A DNA stretch of 63,942 bases, filler included, from 4 parts of 4 records of this genome joined end to end with filler, not necessarily neighbours in it, one strand, 5' to 3'; positions 49,508 to 61,234 are shown, numbered from the whole stretch's first letter. Numbers and translations: made by a program. The notes: a model not told the origin generated them from the sequence alone.

Positions 49508-50587
49508 ATGGCGTCTGCTTCCCCTTCCCGACTGCTTCTCGACTGGTACGACCGTCATGCCAGGCGCCTGCCCTGGCGGGTTTCCCCGGAAGACCGCCTA
49601 CTGGGCGAAGTCCCCGATCCCTACCGGATCTGGCTGTCCGAAGTCATGCTTCAGCAAACGACCGTTGCCGCCGTCAAAGACTATTTCACGAAGTTTACGC
49701 GAAGCTGGCCAACCGTAACCGATCTTGCCGCCGCGGCTGAAGAAGACGTCATGAAAGCCTGGGCGGGCCTTGGCTATTACTCGCGGGCGCGCAATTTGAA
49801 AAAATGCGCAGAAACCGTTGCCCGTGATCACGACGGCCGCTTTCCGGAAGACGAAGACGCATTGCTGAAGCTCCCGGGCATCGGCCCCTATACGGCTGCC
49901 GCCATCGCAACCATCGCGTTTGACCGGCACGCGGCAGTGGTCGACGGCAACGTGGAGCGGGTGCTGACACGACTTTTCCAGATCGAAACACCGCTTCCGG
50001 ACGCCAAACCAGAAATAAAGGCGAAAATGGCTGGCCTGACACCGGACCAACGGCCCGGTGACTTTGCACAGGCGGTCATGGACCTTGGCGCAACCATCTG
50101 TACGCCCAGACGTCCGGCCTGCGCGCTCTGCCCGTGGCGCTCTATCTGCAAGGTTCAGTCCTCGAGCCTTGCCGAAACACTGCCGCGCAAAGCACCCAAG
50201 AAGGAAAAACCCACTCGTTTTGGTGCTGCATTCGTGGCTGTCGATGCGGCGACGGGTGCCGTGCTGTTGCGCCGCCGCCCACCAAAAGGCCTGCTTGGCG
50301 GGATGAGCGAAGTGCCGGGGACCGAATGGGCAGAGGATTTCTCCCCCGAAGCGGCTCCAGACTTCGCACCGTTTCCAGCCGATTGGCAGCAGCGCCCGGT
50401 GGAAGTGAAACACACCTTCACCCATTTCCATTTGCAGCTCACGGTTTATCGGGCCGACCTTACGGCAGACACCGCTCCACTACTTGACGGTGGCTGGTGG
50501 TCGGCCCCGGAAGTCATTGAAACCGAAGCACTTCCCACGGTTATGAAGAAGGCTCTTGCCGCTGCGTTCGAAAGCCCCCGAAAATAG
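49508..50587 (+). CDS. mutY: A/G-specific adenine glycosylase
   Basis: PYRIWLSEVMLQQT, WAGLGYYSRARNL, LPGIGPYTA, VDGNVERV, C-x6-C-x2-C-x5-C, HTFTHF. Confidence 0.96.
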   Translation: MASASPSRLLLDWYDRHARRLPWRVSPEDRLLGEVPDPYRIWLSEVMLQQTTVAAVKDYFTKFTRSWPTVTDLAAAAEEDVMKAWAGLGYYSRARNLKKCAETVARDHDGRFPEDEDALLKLPGIGPYTAAAIATIAFDRHAAVVDGNVERVLTRLFQIETPLPDAKPEIKAKMAGLTPDQRPGDFAQAVMDLGATICTPRRPACALCPWRSICKVQSSSLAETLPRKAPKKEKPTRFGAAFVAVDAATGAVLLRRRPPKGLLGGMSEVPGTEWAEDFSPEAAPDFAPFPADWQQRPVEVKHTFTHFHLQLTVYRADLTADTAPLLDGGWWSAPEVIETEALPTVMKKALAAAFESPRK

Positions 50588-50670
50588 TTCTTTCCCGGCT
50601 CAAGAAAACAGTTGCAGTTTGTCCGGTTTGGATGTTGAACAGCGCACCCAATCCTTGGATCTGAGCCTCG

Positions 50671-51219
50671 ATGTTCACCTATTCCTATGACGCACTCTTC
50701 TCTCAAAAGGACTGCGATGAAATCATCCGCCTGAGCCGGGCCGAAGCTCAGGATACGGGCGGCCTCGTCGGTGGCAAGCAGCAGGGTGACATCCGCCGGG
50801 CCAGAATCAGCTGGCTTGATGACGAAGGCGATGCGGGATGGGTTTTGAACCGCGTTATGACCGCCGTTGCAAAGGCCAACCGCGAGGCTTTCGATTTCGA
50901 CATCACCGAGTTTCGGGAGAAACTCCAGGTCGCCATCTACGACGAAAGTGAAGAAGGCCATTACGACTGGCATTCCGATGTCGGCGAAGGCCCGATCGCG
51001 CAATTCCGCAAGGCAACCATCGTCACCCAGCTTTCCCCTTCACAGGACTATGAAGGTGGCGCGCTGGAAATCAGCCTTGGGCACAAGGTGATGGCCGCAT
51101 CGCGGGAACAGGGCTGTGCAACGCTGTTTGCCAGTTTCATGCTGCACAGGGTGGTACCCGTGACCAAGGGCACTCGCTACTCGCTGACCTGCTGGAGCCA
51201 CGGCCCCCGCTTTCGGTGA
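50671..51219 (+). CDS. 2OG-Fe(II) oxygenase (prolyl-hydroxylase-like)
   Basis: YDWHSD, YEGGALE, HRVVPVTKGTRYSL. Confidence 0.88.
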   Translation: MFTYSYDALFSQKDCDEIIRLSRAEAQDTGGLVGGKQQGDIRRARISWLDDEGDAGWVLNRVMTAVAKANREAFDFDITEFREKLQVAIYDESEEGHYDWHSDVGEGPIAQFRKATIVTQLSPSQDYEGGALEISLGHKVMAASREQGCATLFASFMLHRVVPVTKGTRYSLTCWSHGPRFR

Positions 51220-51379
51220 GATCTGAGCGGGGACAGGTGTCCACGGCTCCGAACCTTGCTCTCTACTCGCGGAAAAACGTCAAAGCGCATGTGATCGGTT
51301 TCAATTCGCTGTTTCGGGGTGTAACCAGTGGAAGTTACACTTCTGTGCGCAATGGACCCTTGCGCCTGCCGTGAATTAC

Positions 51380-51396
51380 TCTAGAATAATTCTAAA
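51380..51396. promoter_or_regulatory. Irr box (iron control element) upstream of bfr
   Basis: TCTAGAA-taa-TTCTAAA, one mismatch to TTTAGAA-N3-TTCTAAA. Confidence 0.75.
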
Positions 51397-51428
51397 CAAA
51401 GATCGGTTTGCAATAAGGAGGCTCTGCC

Positions 51429-51914
51429 GTGAAAGGGAATGAAAAAGTCATTGAGTGCCTGAACGAAGCTCTGTTTCTGGAGCTCGGCGCTATCAACCAG
51501 TACTGGCTTCACTACCGCCTCCTGAGCGACTGGGGCTTTGCGCGCCTTGCGAAGAAGGAACGTGAAGAATCCATCGAGGAAATGCAGCACGCCGACAAGC
51601 TGGTCGACCGCATCATCTTCCTGGAAGGCCATCCGAACATGCAGAAGGTCGCACCGCTGCGCATCGGCCAGAACATCAAGGAAGTGCTGGAATCAGACCT
51701 TGCCGGCGAATATGACGCCCGCACGGCCTATGCCAAGTCCCGCGATGTCTGCCGCGAAGAAGGCGACTATGTTTCCATGCAGCTTTTCGAAGAGCTGCTG
51801 TCCGACGAGGAAGGCCATATCGACTTCCTGGAAACCCAGATCGACCTTCTGGAAAAGATCGGCGTCGAGCGCTACGGCATGTTGAATGCCGCACCAGCCG
51901 ACGAAGCCGAATAG
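51429..51914 (+). CDS. bfr: Bacterioferritin
   Basis: [42 protein letters not shown]. Confidence 0.96.
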   Translation: MKGNEKVIECLNEALFLELGAINQYWLHYRLLSDWGFARLAKKEREESIEEMQHADKLVDRIIFLEGHPNMQKVAPLRIGQNIKEVLESDLAGEYDARTAYAKSRDVCREEGDYVSMQLFEELLSDEEGHIDFLETQIDLLEKIGVERYGMLNAAPADEAE

Positions 51915-51944
51915 TCGCAAGCGGCCATTTCATTGGTTATGTTG

Positions 51945-51974
51945 AAGCCGGTGCAGGTCTGCACCGGCTTTTTC
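51945..51974 (+). terminator. Rho-independent terminator after bfr
   Basis: AAGCCGGTGCAG-gt-CTGCACCGGCTT followed by TTT. Confidence 0.8.
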
Positions 51975-51997
51975 ATTGCAATTGGAGGTGCGAAACC

Positions 51998-53104
51998 ATG
52001 ACGGAAATCCGGATCGGGCTGATCGGAACAGGCTATATGGGCAAGGCCCATGCTGTTGCCCTGAAATCAGTGGCGTCGGTATTCGACACAGGCCTGCGCC
52101 CGATTTGCGAGACGATTTGTGCAACGACGCTGGAAGGCGCCCGGGAAAAGGCCCGTGCTTTCGGGTTCAACCGGGCGACGGACGACTGGCGCACTGTCGT
52201 TGCCGATCCGGCGATCGATGCGGTTGTAATTGCCTCGCCCCAGTCGACCCACATGGATATCGCCATTGCCGCCTTTGAAAACGGCAAGGCTGTCTTTTGC
52301 GAAAAGCCGCTTGCCAGCCACGCCGAAGATTGCCGCAGGATGATGGCGGCGGCAGAAGCCTCCGGCCTGCCGAACATGACCGGCTTCAATTACATTCGCA
52401 CCCCTGCAAGCCAATTTGCCCATGACCTTGTCCAGTCAGGCCGGATTGGTCAGATCCACTATATTCGCGCTGAACACACCGAGGATTTTCTGTCAGATCC
52501 GCAAACGCCGTCGCACTGGCGTACCAAGGACATAAGCAATGGATGCATGGGCGATCTCGCCCCTCACATCATCAACGCCGCCCTGCGCCTTGCCGGGCCT
52601 ATCTCCAGCGTTAGTGCGGATATCCAGACCGTCCATTCCGAACGCCCCGGCGCAAACGGGCCGGAGGCGGTCACCAATGACGACCAGGCCCATCTCATGT
52701 GCCGCTTTCAAAACGGTGCGATGGGTCATCTCTTCATCAGCCGTGTCGCCACCGGCCGGAAGATGGGTTACGCCTACGAGATATACGGTGACAAAGGTTC
52801 GATCCGCTTCGACCAGGAAGACCAGAACGCGCTCTGGCTTTACCTTGCCGAAGGGCCGGAGGCGGAACGCGGCTTCCGCAAGATCCTGACCGGACCGGCA
52901 CATCCCGATTACCTGCCCTTCTGTCAGGGCCCCGGTCACGGAACCGGTTATCAGGACCAGATCATTATCGAGATGCGGGACTTCCTGAAAGCCATCGAAA
53001 CCGGAGCACCTGTCTGGCCGACCTTCCGCGACGGGCTGGAGGTGCAACTGGTAACGGAAGCTGCCTGGAAGTCGTCGAAGACCGGTACGTGGGCGACGGT
53101 GTGA
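51998..53104 (+). CDS. Gfo/Idh/MocA family oxidoreductase
   Basis: IGLIGTGYMGKAH, VFCEKPLA, GFNY, GDLAPH. Confidence 0.92.
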   Translation: MTEIRIGLIGTGYMGKAHAVALKSVASVFDTGLRPICETICATTLEGAREKARAFGFNRATDDWRTVVADPAIDAVVIASPQSTHMDIAIAAFENGKAVFCEKPLASHAEDCRRMMAAAEASGLPNMTGFNYIRTPASQFAHDLVQSGRIGQIHYIRAEHTEDFLSDPQTPSHWRTKDISNGCMGDLAPHIINAALRLAGPISSVSADIQTVHSERPGANGPEAVTNDDQAHLMCRFQNGAMGHLFISRVATGRKMGYAYEIYGDKGSIRFDQEDQNALWLYLAEGPEAERGFRKILTGPAHPDYLPFCQGPGHGTGYQDQIIIEMRDFLKAIETGAPVWPTFRDGLEVQLVTEAAWKSSKTGTWATV

Positions 53105-53329
53105 CGGACGGGACGGCTGGTGGCGAGCGTTGTTCACCAGGGTGTACCTCAGGACAAGCGCAGCGCAGATCCGGGGCCTATTCGCAAGTCAGCTTGCCAA
53201 AGCAGGAGGTTCTGCCAACCCCTTGCCGCGCCAGGTCATTTCTCCGGAAATGACTTGGCCCCGGGTCTCGCTTTGCTCGCCCGGGGCGACACTCATCAAT
53301 CGGGAAACTCCCTGCCCGCACAGGAAACT

Positions 53330-54838
53330 TTACTGGAACGCCGTCTCGGCAAAGCTGCGGAGCTTGCGGGAATGCAGGCGCTCTGCCGTCATGTCTCGCA
53401 TCTTCTCCATTGCCCTGATGCCGATCTGGAGATGCTGGGCGACCTGGCGCTTGTAGAAGTCGGTCGCCATGCCCGGCAGTTTCAATTCACCATGGAGCGG
53501 CTTGTCCGAGATGCACAGCAGCGTGCCGTAAGGCACCCGGAAGCGGAAGCCGTTGGCCGCGATGGTTGCCGATTCCATATCGAGCGCGATGGCACGGGAC
53601 TGGGAGAACCGCTTGACCAGTTCCGGCTGGTCCCAGAGTTCCCAGTTTCGGTTGTCGAGCGATACGACGGTCCCGGTGCGCATGACACGTTTCAACTCAT
53701 ACCCATCGATACCGGTGATTTCTGCAACCGCGTCTTCCAGGGCCACCTGCACTTCGGCGAGCGGCGGGATCGGCACCCAGATCGGCAGGTCCTGGTCGAG
53801 CACATTGTCCTCTCGCACATACCCATGGGCCAGCACATAATCACCAAGCGTCTGGCTGTTCCTGAGGCCGGCGCAGTGTCCGAGCATCAGCCAGACATGC
53901 GGGCGCAGCACCGCGATATGATCAGTGATGGTTTTGGCGTTGGACGGCCCGACACCGATGTTGACCATGGTGATGCCGCTGCCGTCAGCCCTCTTCAGGT
54001 GATACGCCGGCATCTGGGGCAATTTTGTCAGTTCTTCGCCGTCCGGCTGTGTCTGTCCTGCCTCCAGCACCACGTTGCCGGGGGAAACAAACGCCTCGTA
54101 ACCACTGTCCGGCTGCAGCAGCAGCGCCTTGGACATGCGGCAGAACTCGTCGATGTAGAACTGGTAGTTCGTGAAAAGCACGTAGTTCTGGAAATGCTCG
54201 GCCTTTGTCGCGGTGTAGTGCTGCAGGCGGTGCAGGGAATAGTCGACGCGCGGCGCCGTGAAAGATGCCAGCGGCATCACCCCGTCGGCCGGATCGTAGG
54301 TGCCGTTGGCGATGGAATCGTCCATCACCGTCAGGTCGGGAAGATCGAACATGTCAGCGAGGGGACGGTCGAGATTTGCTGCTGCAGCGCCGCCTTCCAC
54401 ATGCGTTCCGTCATAGAAAGCGAAGTGCAGCGGGATCGGCATGTCGCTGTCGCCGACCTGGATCGGCACGTCGTGGTTCTTCATCAGCAGCGAAAGCTGC
54501 GACACCAGATAGTTACGGAACAGATCCGGGCGGGTAATCGTGGAGGCGTGGGTGCCAGGGCGGGAGACGAACCCATAAGACAGGCGGCTGTCGAGGCGGA
54601 CGTGGCTGTCGGTCACGATACGGACCTGCGGATAGAACGCGCGCACGCGGCCGTCGATTTCCTTGCCATCCAGAAGGTCCTGAAAATGCTGGCGCAGAAA
54701 GGCGGTGTTGGATTCAAAAATTTCGATCAAACGGTCGACCGCCTTGTTGGCGTCGGTAAAGACCTCAAGCGGATGCGATGGCGCATGCCGAACCCTGCGG
54801 GCGGCTTGATGAAAAACGTTCTTGGTTGAGTTGGACAT
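53330..54838 (-). CDS. amn: AMP nucleosidase
   Basis: RVDYSLHRL.HYT, LFTNYQFY, PQMPAYHL, NIGVGPSNAKTITDH, DMESATIA, HSRKLRSF. Confidence 0.96.
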   Translation of the reverse strand: MSNSTKNVFHQAARRVRHAPSHPLEVFTDANKAVDRLIEIFESNTAFLRQHFQDLLDGKEIDGRVRAFYPQVRIVTDSHVRLDSRLSYGFVSRPGTHASTITRPDLFRNYLVSQLSLLMKNHDVPIQVGDSDMPIPLHFAFYDGTHVEGGAAAANLDRPLADMFDLPDLTVMDDSIANGTYDPADGVMPLASFTAPRVDYSLHRLQHYTATKAEHFQNYVLFTNYQFYIDEFCRMSKALLLQPDSGYEAFVSPGNVVLEAGQTQPDGEELTKLPQMPAYHLKRADGSGITMVNIGVGPSNAKTITDHIAVLRPHVWLMLGHCAGLRNSQTLGDYVLAHGYVREDNVLDQDLPIWVPIPPLAEVQVALEDAVAEITGIDGYELKRVMRTGTVVSLDNRNWELWDQPELVKRFSQSRAIALDMESATIAANGFRFRVPYGTLLCISDKPLHGELKLPGMATDFYKRQVAQHLQIGIRAMEKMRDMTAERLHSRKLRSFAETAFQ

Positions 54839-55036
54839 AAACCGTCTCCTTATTGTTGTTATGGGCTCACAGTCCCGCTAACGCTTGCCTTGGTCAATAG
54901 ATCTAGCATCGGATTTTGAATTTTTTTTCGCAGAGAGAAAATTTCTGCACAAGCCCCTCAACGATGCATTTGAGCAGGCTTTCCCAAACCGTGGCAAGCG
55001 GCTAAAGTCCGGCTAACTTTTGACCAGGAGTTTCCC

Positions 55037-55837
55037 ATGAAAAAAACCGTTCTGACCCTCGCGGTCGCCGTATCCTCCCTGATTGGCGCAGGCGTCTCCG
55101 CCCTTGCCGACAATCTGCCGGATCTCGGCGGCCGGGACATTGTCATCGCTTCGGAAAACACCTACCCGCCGCTGCAGTTCGTCGACCCCAAGTCAGGCGA
55201 GGCAATCGGCTGGGAGTATGACGCGGTTGCAGAAATCGCCAAGCGGCTGAACCTGAACGTCACCTTTCAGAACACCAGCTGGGATGCGATGATCCCTGCC
55301 ATCTCCGCCGGCGAATACGACATGGCGATGAACGGCATCACCATTCGCGCCGACAGGGCCGAGCAGGTCGACTTTTCGGAGCCCTACATGCGGTCCGAAA
55401 TGTTCATGCTGGTGCGCGCCGATGAAGATCGGTTTACCGATGCCAAGGGCTTTGCTTCCAACACGGACTTCCTGGCCGGTGCTCAACCGGGCACCACTCC
55501 CTTCTACGTCACTGTTTATGAAGTGCTGGATGGCGATGAAGCCAACCCGCGCATTAAGCTGTTCGAAACCTTTGGTGCTGCTGTCCAGGCGCTCAAGGCG
55601 GGCGACGTCGATCTGGTCCTGACAGACAGCACCGGCGGCCAGGGGTACGTCGCGACCAATCCGGACACCTTCAAGCTGATCGGCGATCCGATGGGCTCGG
55701 AAGACTTCGGCTTCATTTTCCCGAAAGGCTCCGACCTGATCGAACCGATCAATGCGGCTGTCGCCAGCATGCGCACAGACGGCACGCTGGATGCACTGAA
55801 CAAGAAGTGGTTCTTCGACTATAAAGTCGCCCAGTAA
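55037..55837 (+). CDS. Polar amino acid ABC transporter substrate-binding protein
   Basis: Signal peptide, [20 protein letters not shown]...R...[19 protein letters not shown]. Confidence 0.92.
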   Translation: MKKTVLTLAVAVSSLIGAGVSALADNLPDLGGRDIVIASENTYPPLQFVDPKSGEAIGWEYDAVAEIAKRLNLNVTFQNTSWDAMIPAISAGEYDMAMNGITIRADRAEQVDFSEPYMRSEMFMLVRADEDRFTDAKGFASNTDFLAGAQPGTTPFYVTVYEVLDGDEANPRIKLFETFGAAVQALKAGDVDLVLTDSTGGQGYVATNPDTFKLIGDPMGSEDFGFIFPKGSDLIEPINAAVASMRTDGTLDALNKKWFFDYKVAQ

Positions 55838-55960
55838 GGCCATCCTCCGCCCCTGCGCGGCTGGACTTTCCACTCCATGGCCGGTATCCGGGCTTTTGGC
55901 CCCGATGCCGGCCATTTTCGTTTGAACTGCCGTTAACAAAGCTGGAGCCGAGACCAACCC

Positions 55961-56767
55961 ATGTTCCGCAACAAGACACCGTCCGGCACCCCCAAGGAAG
56001 ACTTTCCCTATTGGCTTGTTGCTGCCGTCGGCATTGCGGTTTTCCTGTTGTTCCAGATTGCGACCGACGACATCTATTCGCAGGTCATGTCGACGGTCTC
56101 GCGTGGTATCGGACTGACGGTCTTCGTCACGCTTGTCGCCTTCTTCTGCGCGTCCCTGATCGGGCTCCTGCTGGCGCTTGCCTCCCTGTCCGGATCAATC
56201 GTCTTGCGGCAGATGGCCCGGTTCTACGTCGAAATCGTGCGCGGCATGCCGATCATCGTGCTTCTGCTCTATATCGCCTTCGTCGCAACACCGCTGTTCA
56301 TTGCCGGGGTCAACGCCATTGTGGAACCTCTGGGTCTGGATCCGTTGCGCACGCGGGATTTCCCTCTGCTCTGGCGCGCCGTTCTCGCGCTGACCATCGG
56401 CTATTCAGCCTTCATTGCCGAGGTGTTTCGGGCAGGCATCCAGGCGGTCGACAAGGGTCAGATCGAGGCCGCCGAAGCACTCGGCATGAACGGTTGGCTT
56501 CGCTTCCGCCTGATCATCTTCCCGCAGGCGCTGAAGACCATCCTGCCGCCCCTCGGCAATGATTTCGTCGCCCTGATCAAGGACAGCTCGCTGGTCTCGG
56601 TTCTGGGTGTCGCGGATATCACCCAGCTGGGCAAGGTCTACGCTGCCGGCTCCTTCCGGTACTTCGAGACCTACAATGTCGTCGCGCTGATCTACCTGAT
56701 GATGACGATCACGCTTTCGCTGGCCCTGCGCAAATTTGAACGGGCAAAGCAGATCCAGGAGCGCTAA
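55961..56767 (+). CDS. Polar amino acid ABC transporter permease
   Basis: YVEIVRGMP, AEVFRAGIQAVDKGQIEAAEALGM, PPLGNDFVALIKDSSL. Confidence 0.93.
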   Translation: MFRNKTPSGTPKEDFPYWLVAAVGIAVFLLFQIATDDIYSQVMSTVSRGIGLTVFVTLVAFFCASLIGLLLALASLSGSIVLRQMARFYVEIVRGMPIIVLLLYIAFVATPLFIAGVNAIVEPLGLDPLRTRDFPLLWRAVLALTIGYSAFIAEVFRAGIQAVDKGQIEAAEALGMNGWLRFRLIIFPQALKTILPPLGNDFVALIKDSSLVSVLGVADITQLGKVYAAGSFRYFETYNVVALIYLMMTITLSLALRKFERAKQIQER

Positions 56768-56855
56768 GGTTTTCGCCTGACCACGCCTTTCCTCCTCCCT
56801 CATCCTGAGGAGGGGGTGCAGGGGGAACGGCGTCTGCAGCGAGACGGAGACCCGC

Positions 56856-57542
56856 ATGCGTTCCTTTGAAGAAATAGAAGCACTGGCCGCGGAGAAGAAA
56901 GGCGGACCGGCAGCACTCAACGCTCTTTTGGCAGAGCATAATGCGCCCAGGACTGCGGAAGAGCTGGAGAGGGTCGGAGACGATCGCTGGCTGGCCATGT
57001 TCACCAAGTGCGTGTTCCAGGCTGGTTTCAGCTGGAAGGTGATCGACCAGAAGTGGCCGGGTTTCGAGGAAGCCTTCGAGGGGTTCGACGTTCCCCGCCT
57101 CGCCTTTCTCCCTGACGAGGCCTTTGAAGAGCTGCTCGGCGACAAACGCATCGTCCGCAACGGTGCCAAGATCCGATCTGTTCAGGAAAACGCGATTTTC
57201 CTCAAGGACCTAGCGACCGAACACGGCAGCGCAGCCGGTTTTTTGGCGCATTATCCCGTCGACGACCAGATCGGCCTGATGGAGCTGCTCAAGAAGCGCG
57301 GCAGCCGGCTTGGTGGCAACACAGGGCAAATCGCCTTGCGCTTCATGGGCAAGGAAAGTTTCGTCCTCTCCGGCGATGTGGTTAACGCCCTGATCCGCGA
57401 AAATGTCATCGAGAAGGACGCGATGTCGAAAAAAAATCTTACCGCGATTCAGGCCGCCTTTAACGAATGGAAAGCAACTTCCGGTCGTCCCCTGAACGAA
57501 ATCAGCAGAATTCTGGCCTTTTCGGTCGGGACAAGTCATTAA
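56856..57542 (+). CDS. DNA-3-methyladenine glycosylase I family protein
   Basis: DDRWL...VFQAGFSWKVIDQKWPGFEEAF, IVRNGAKIRSV..NA. Confidence 0.82.
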   Translation: MRSFEEIEALAAEKKGGPAALNALLAEHNAPRTAEELERVGDDRWLAMFTKCVFQAGFSWKVIDQKWPGFEEAFEGFDVPRLAFLPDEAFEELLGDKRIVRNGAKIRSVQENAIFLKDLATEHGSAAGFLAHYPVDDQIGLMELLKKRGSRLGGNTGQIALRFMGKESFVLSGDVVNALIRENVIEKDAMSKKNLTAIQAAFNEWKATSGRPLNEISRILAFSVGTSH

Positions 57543-57574
57543 CTTCTCATTCAGCTTTTACGATTGTAAACAAA

Positions 57575-58030
<456 letters not shown>

Positions 58031-58130
58031 NNNNNNNNNNNNNNNNNNNNNNNNNNNNNNNNNNNNNNNNNNNNTTAATTAATTAANNNNNNNNNNNNNN
58101 NNNNNNNNNNNNNNNNNNNNNNNNNNNNNN
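58031..58130. other. Artificial contig linker
   Basis: N44-TTAATTAATTAA-N44. Confidence 0.99.
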
Positions 58131-58304
58131 TGGCCCGCAATCCGGTAACAAATCGCCACATAGTTCTGCCCTCGCATTTACGCCGCGTCTCCTGTTGCGT
58201 CAAGCCCGCTGACGACCGTCACGCAGGTGTAATCCCTCCTTCACAGCATCGTCATAGCCTCGTGCAAATGAGGACGCGCAAGGACCTTGGACAGGGTAGC
58301 AAGA

Positions 58305-59240
58305 ATGGCACTCATCAGGATCAACGCCCGGGGCGAAACACCTGTCTTGCATGGCAGCCCCCACCCTGTTGCCAGCGTCTTGAAGCAAACAAAATCAACC
58401 GGCGGCCCCGTCATTGTCATGACTCACGGATACAAGTTTGCCCCCGACAGCGGCACGAATTGCCCCCACCGCGATATCCTCTCCCTTCCGCCGAAGGGCA
58501 GGATCGGGCTCGCCTCTCAATGGCCCTCTCAATTGGGATTTGGCAAAGGAAATCAAACCGAAGGGCTGGCCATCGCTTTTGGGTGGGACGGGCGATGCGC
58601 ACTTTGGCAGGCGCTCCACCGTGCCAAACAAGCCGGCAAAGCATTGGCCAAGGTTCTGACCATGGTTCATCGGCAAAACCCACAGCGCCCGATCCATATC
58701 CTAAGCCACTCTCTGGGGGTTGAGGTGGCTTTAGAGACGCTGTTCCATGTGACCCCGGGCACGGTGGATCGCATCATCTCCATGACCGGCGCGACCTATC
58801 AAAGCAGATTAAGTGCCGCGCTCACGTCTCCATCTGGACAACAGGCAGAATTTATCAACATCACCAGCCGTGAGAACGACATTTTTGATTTTTTGTATGA
58901 ACGGATGATGGCCCCGCTGGTTCCGGGCGATCAAGTCATCGGACATGGTGTTGGTCTCAGAAACGCTCTGACGCTGCAGTTGGATTGCCCAAAAACTTTG
59001 CAGCATGTCGCCCGATTGGGACCATCCATTGCACCGCCACAACGCCGGATCTGCCACTGGTCGGCCTATATGCGTCCGGGCACCATGGACTTTTACCAAG
59101 ATCTCCTGCGCAATCGCGAACAACTCACGCTGGGTCGTTTGCGCTGTGGTCTTCCACAAGCTCCGGCGCCGCGGTGGTCACGATTGTTTGCACGCCCCAC
59201 CGTGGCGCGCCCCTTGTTCCTGTCACAAAAACCTTCATGA
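58305..59240 (+). CDS. Alpha/beta hydrolase fold protein of unknown function
   Basis: VIVMTHGY oxyanion region, nucleophile elbow SHSLG, END, CHWSAY. Confidence 0.75.
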   Translation: MALIRINARGETPVLHGSPHPVASVLKQTKSTGGPVIVMTHGYKFAPDSGTNCPHRDILSLPPKGRIGLASQWPSQLGFGKGNQTEGLAIAFGWDGRCALWQALHRAKQAGKALAKVLTMVHRQNPQRPIHILSHSLGVEVALETLFHVTPGTVDRIISMTGATYQSRLSAALTSPSGQQAEFINITSRENDIFDFLYERMMAPLVPGDQVIGHGVGLRNALTLQLDCPKTLQHVARLGPSIAPPQRRICHWSAYMRPGTMDFYQDLLRNREQLTLGRLRCGLPQAPAPRWSRLFARPTVARPLFLSQKPS

Positions 59241-59269
59241 TCCGGCGCACACACGTGCGAGGTATCCCC

Positions 59270-59971
59270 ATGACTGATCCAATCGAACTCTACTATTGGC
59301 CGACGCCGAACGGCTGGAAAGTATCGATTGCCCTCGAAGAAATGGGGCTGCCCTACACCGTGAACCTGATCAACATCGGTCAAGGCGATCAATTCGCGCC
59401 TGACTTTCTCAAAATTGCCCCAAACAACCGCATGCCGGCGATTCTAGACCCAAACGGGCCGGGCAATGCGCCGATTTCCCTCTTTGAGAGCGGTGCAATC
59501 CTGCTGTATCTGGCGCGCAAAACAGGGCAGTTCTACGGCACCTCCGAACGGGACCGCATCAACGTTGAACAATGGCTGATGTGGCAAATGGGCGGCGTGG
59601 GGCCCATGGCCGGACAGGCGCACCATTTCCTGAAATATGCCCCACACATGGATCCGCCTCAGGATCTTCCCTATGCCAAAGACCGGTATCGTGCCGAAGT
59701 GGCGCGGCTTTATGGCGTCCTAGATCGCAAGTTAGCCGAAACCGAATTTGTGGCCGGTGACTTTTATTCCATTGCGGATATGGCGATCTGGCCTTGGGCG
59801 CATCTCTGGGAAGGTCAGCAGCAACGCCTGGATGACAAACCGCATTTTGCGCGCTGGTTAGACACCGTCGGTGCGCGCCCCGCAGTACAAGCCGGACAGT
59901 CGCTGCACATTGACTTGCGTGGGGATCATCGCAGCAAACAAGCGCAGGACGCTCTTTTCAAACGAAAGTAA
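59270..59971 (+). CDS. Glutathione S-transferase (YfcG/Nu class)
   Basis: YYWPTPNGWK, PNNRMPAI.D, FESGAILLYLA, WQMGGVGPM.GQ, YSIADMAIWPW; GAGG RBS before ATG 59270. Confidence 0.93.
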   Translation: MTDPIELYYWPTPNGWKVSIALEEMGLPYTVNLINIGQGDQFAPDFLKIAPNNRMPAILDPNGPGNAPISLFESGAILLYLARKTGQFYGTSERDRINVEQWLMWQMGGVGPMAGQAHHFLKYAPHMDPPQDLPYAKDRYRAEVARLYGVLDRKLAETEFVAGDFYSIADMAIWPWAHLWEGQQQRLDDKPHFARWLDTVGARPAVQAGQSLHIDLRGDHRSKQAQDALFKRK

Positions 59972-59993
59972 CGAACCACCAGTTAGAGAGTGC

Positions 59994-60533
59994 TTAGTCC
60001 AAATCAACCGCAACAAGCCCCAACTTGCGCGCAGCAGCCAAAGATAGAATACCAGAATCCAATCCTTCGGGTTTCTGATATTTGCGCACAGCAGCCCGTG
60101 TGCGGGCATCCATTTCCCCATTGATGGTCCCCCGGTACAGGTATCGCGCCGCCAAGGCACGTTGGACCGACGACACGAATTCAAGTGTCATTTGTTCCTG
60201 ACACGGGGTTTGAAACCAGATCTCTTTGCGCTCGCGTACAATCTGCTGCTGGGTTTCTGTTTTGAAAATCGCCGGTTGCCGCACGGTGCCGTCGGCCAGA
60301 ACCTCGGCCGGTTGCATCATCACCTGATGCGTCACAGTTTCGATAACGGCAGGTGTGACGTGTTTTCCCCAACAAGTGCCCGGTTCGGCCCCCGGCGGAG
60401 CAACCTGACTGAGGCGGGACACTTCGGGTTCGTTCAACGCATCCAGATCCGGCAGGTTCTCAACGCACGCACTCAGGCTCAGCCCGAAACAGGCGGCCGC
60501 CATCAGGCGCAACGGGTATCGAAACTGGGTCAT
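59994..60533 (-). CDS. Lipoprotein with C-terminal peptidoglycan-binding domain
   Basis: Lipobox LSAC; VQRALAAR.LY.G.I.G.MD..TRAAVRKYQ. Confidence 0.82.
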   Translation of the reverse strand: MTQFRYPLRLMAAACFGLSLSACVENLPDLDALNEPEVSRLSQVAPPGAEPGTCWGKHVTPAVIETVTHQVMMQPAEVLADGTVRQPAIFKTETQQQIVRERKEIWFQTPCQEQMTLEFVSSVQRALAARYLYRGTINGEMDARTRAAVRKYQKPEGLDSGILSLAAARKLGLVAVDLD

Positions 60534-60907
60534 GCTCTGAGCCTCTGGGGCGGTTTTTCTGGACCATACCGTATTCCTTGGTTTGAGGCAAAGCCTGCAA
60601 GATACCTGACAGCAGGAAATCGAGACTTGGATCACAAAGCCACAGGGCGCGCGCCCCTTACTGATCACGCCACGTTCATGTCCCTGGCCCGCCCCCTATT
60701 CCTGCGATCTTGGCAATGCGCGATCAAGATCAGCCAAAGCGCAAGTTTATGTCTTGAAAAGCCCCCTCTCCGACGCCCCAAATAGGAACAAAAGTGGAAT
60801 ATACGTTACGAAAGTCCAGACGCGCCATGTCTTCGTCGCAAATGAGGCTGGCATCCGCTTTTACGCTTGTCTAAGGAAATGGCGGAACATCGCAGAGGAA
60901 GACCTGA

Positions 60908-61233
<326 letters not shown>

Positions 61234-61234
<1 letters not shown>

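Noticed and set aside
53120-54829. 569-aa plus-strand ORF
   Set aside because: Antisense shadow of amn.
56790-56850. CTCATCCTGAGGAG fragment resembling a rhizobial palindromic repeat
   Set aside because: Single partial copy in the window; cannot be supported as a repeat from this sequence alone.
58985-59269. Apparent 95-aa N-terminal extension on the GST
   Set aside because: Overlaps the upstream hydrolase gene; the real start with RBS is at 59270.
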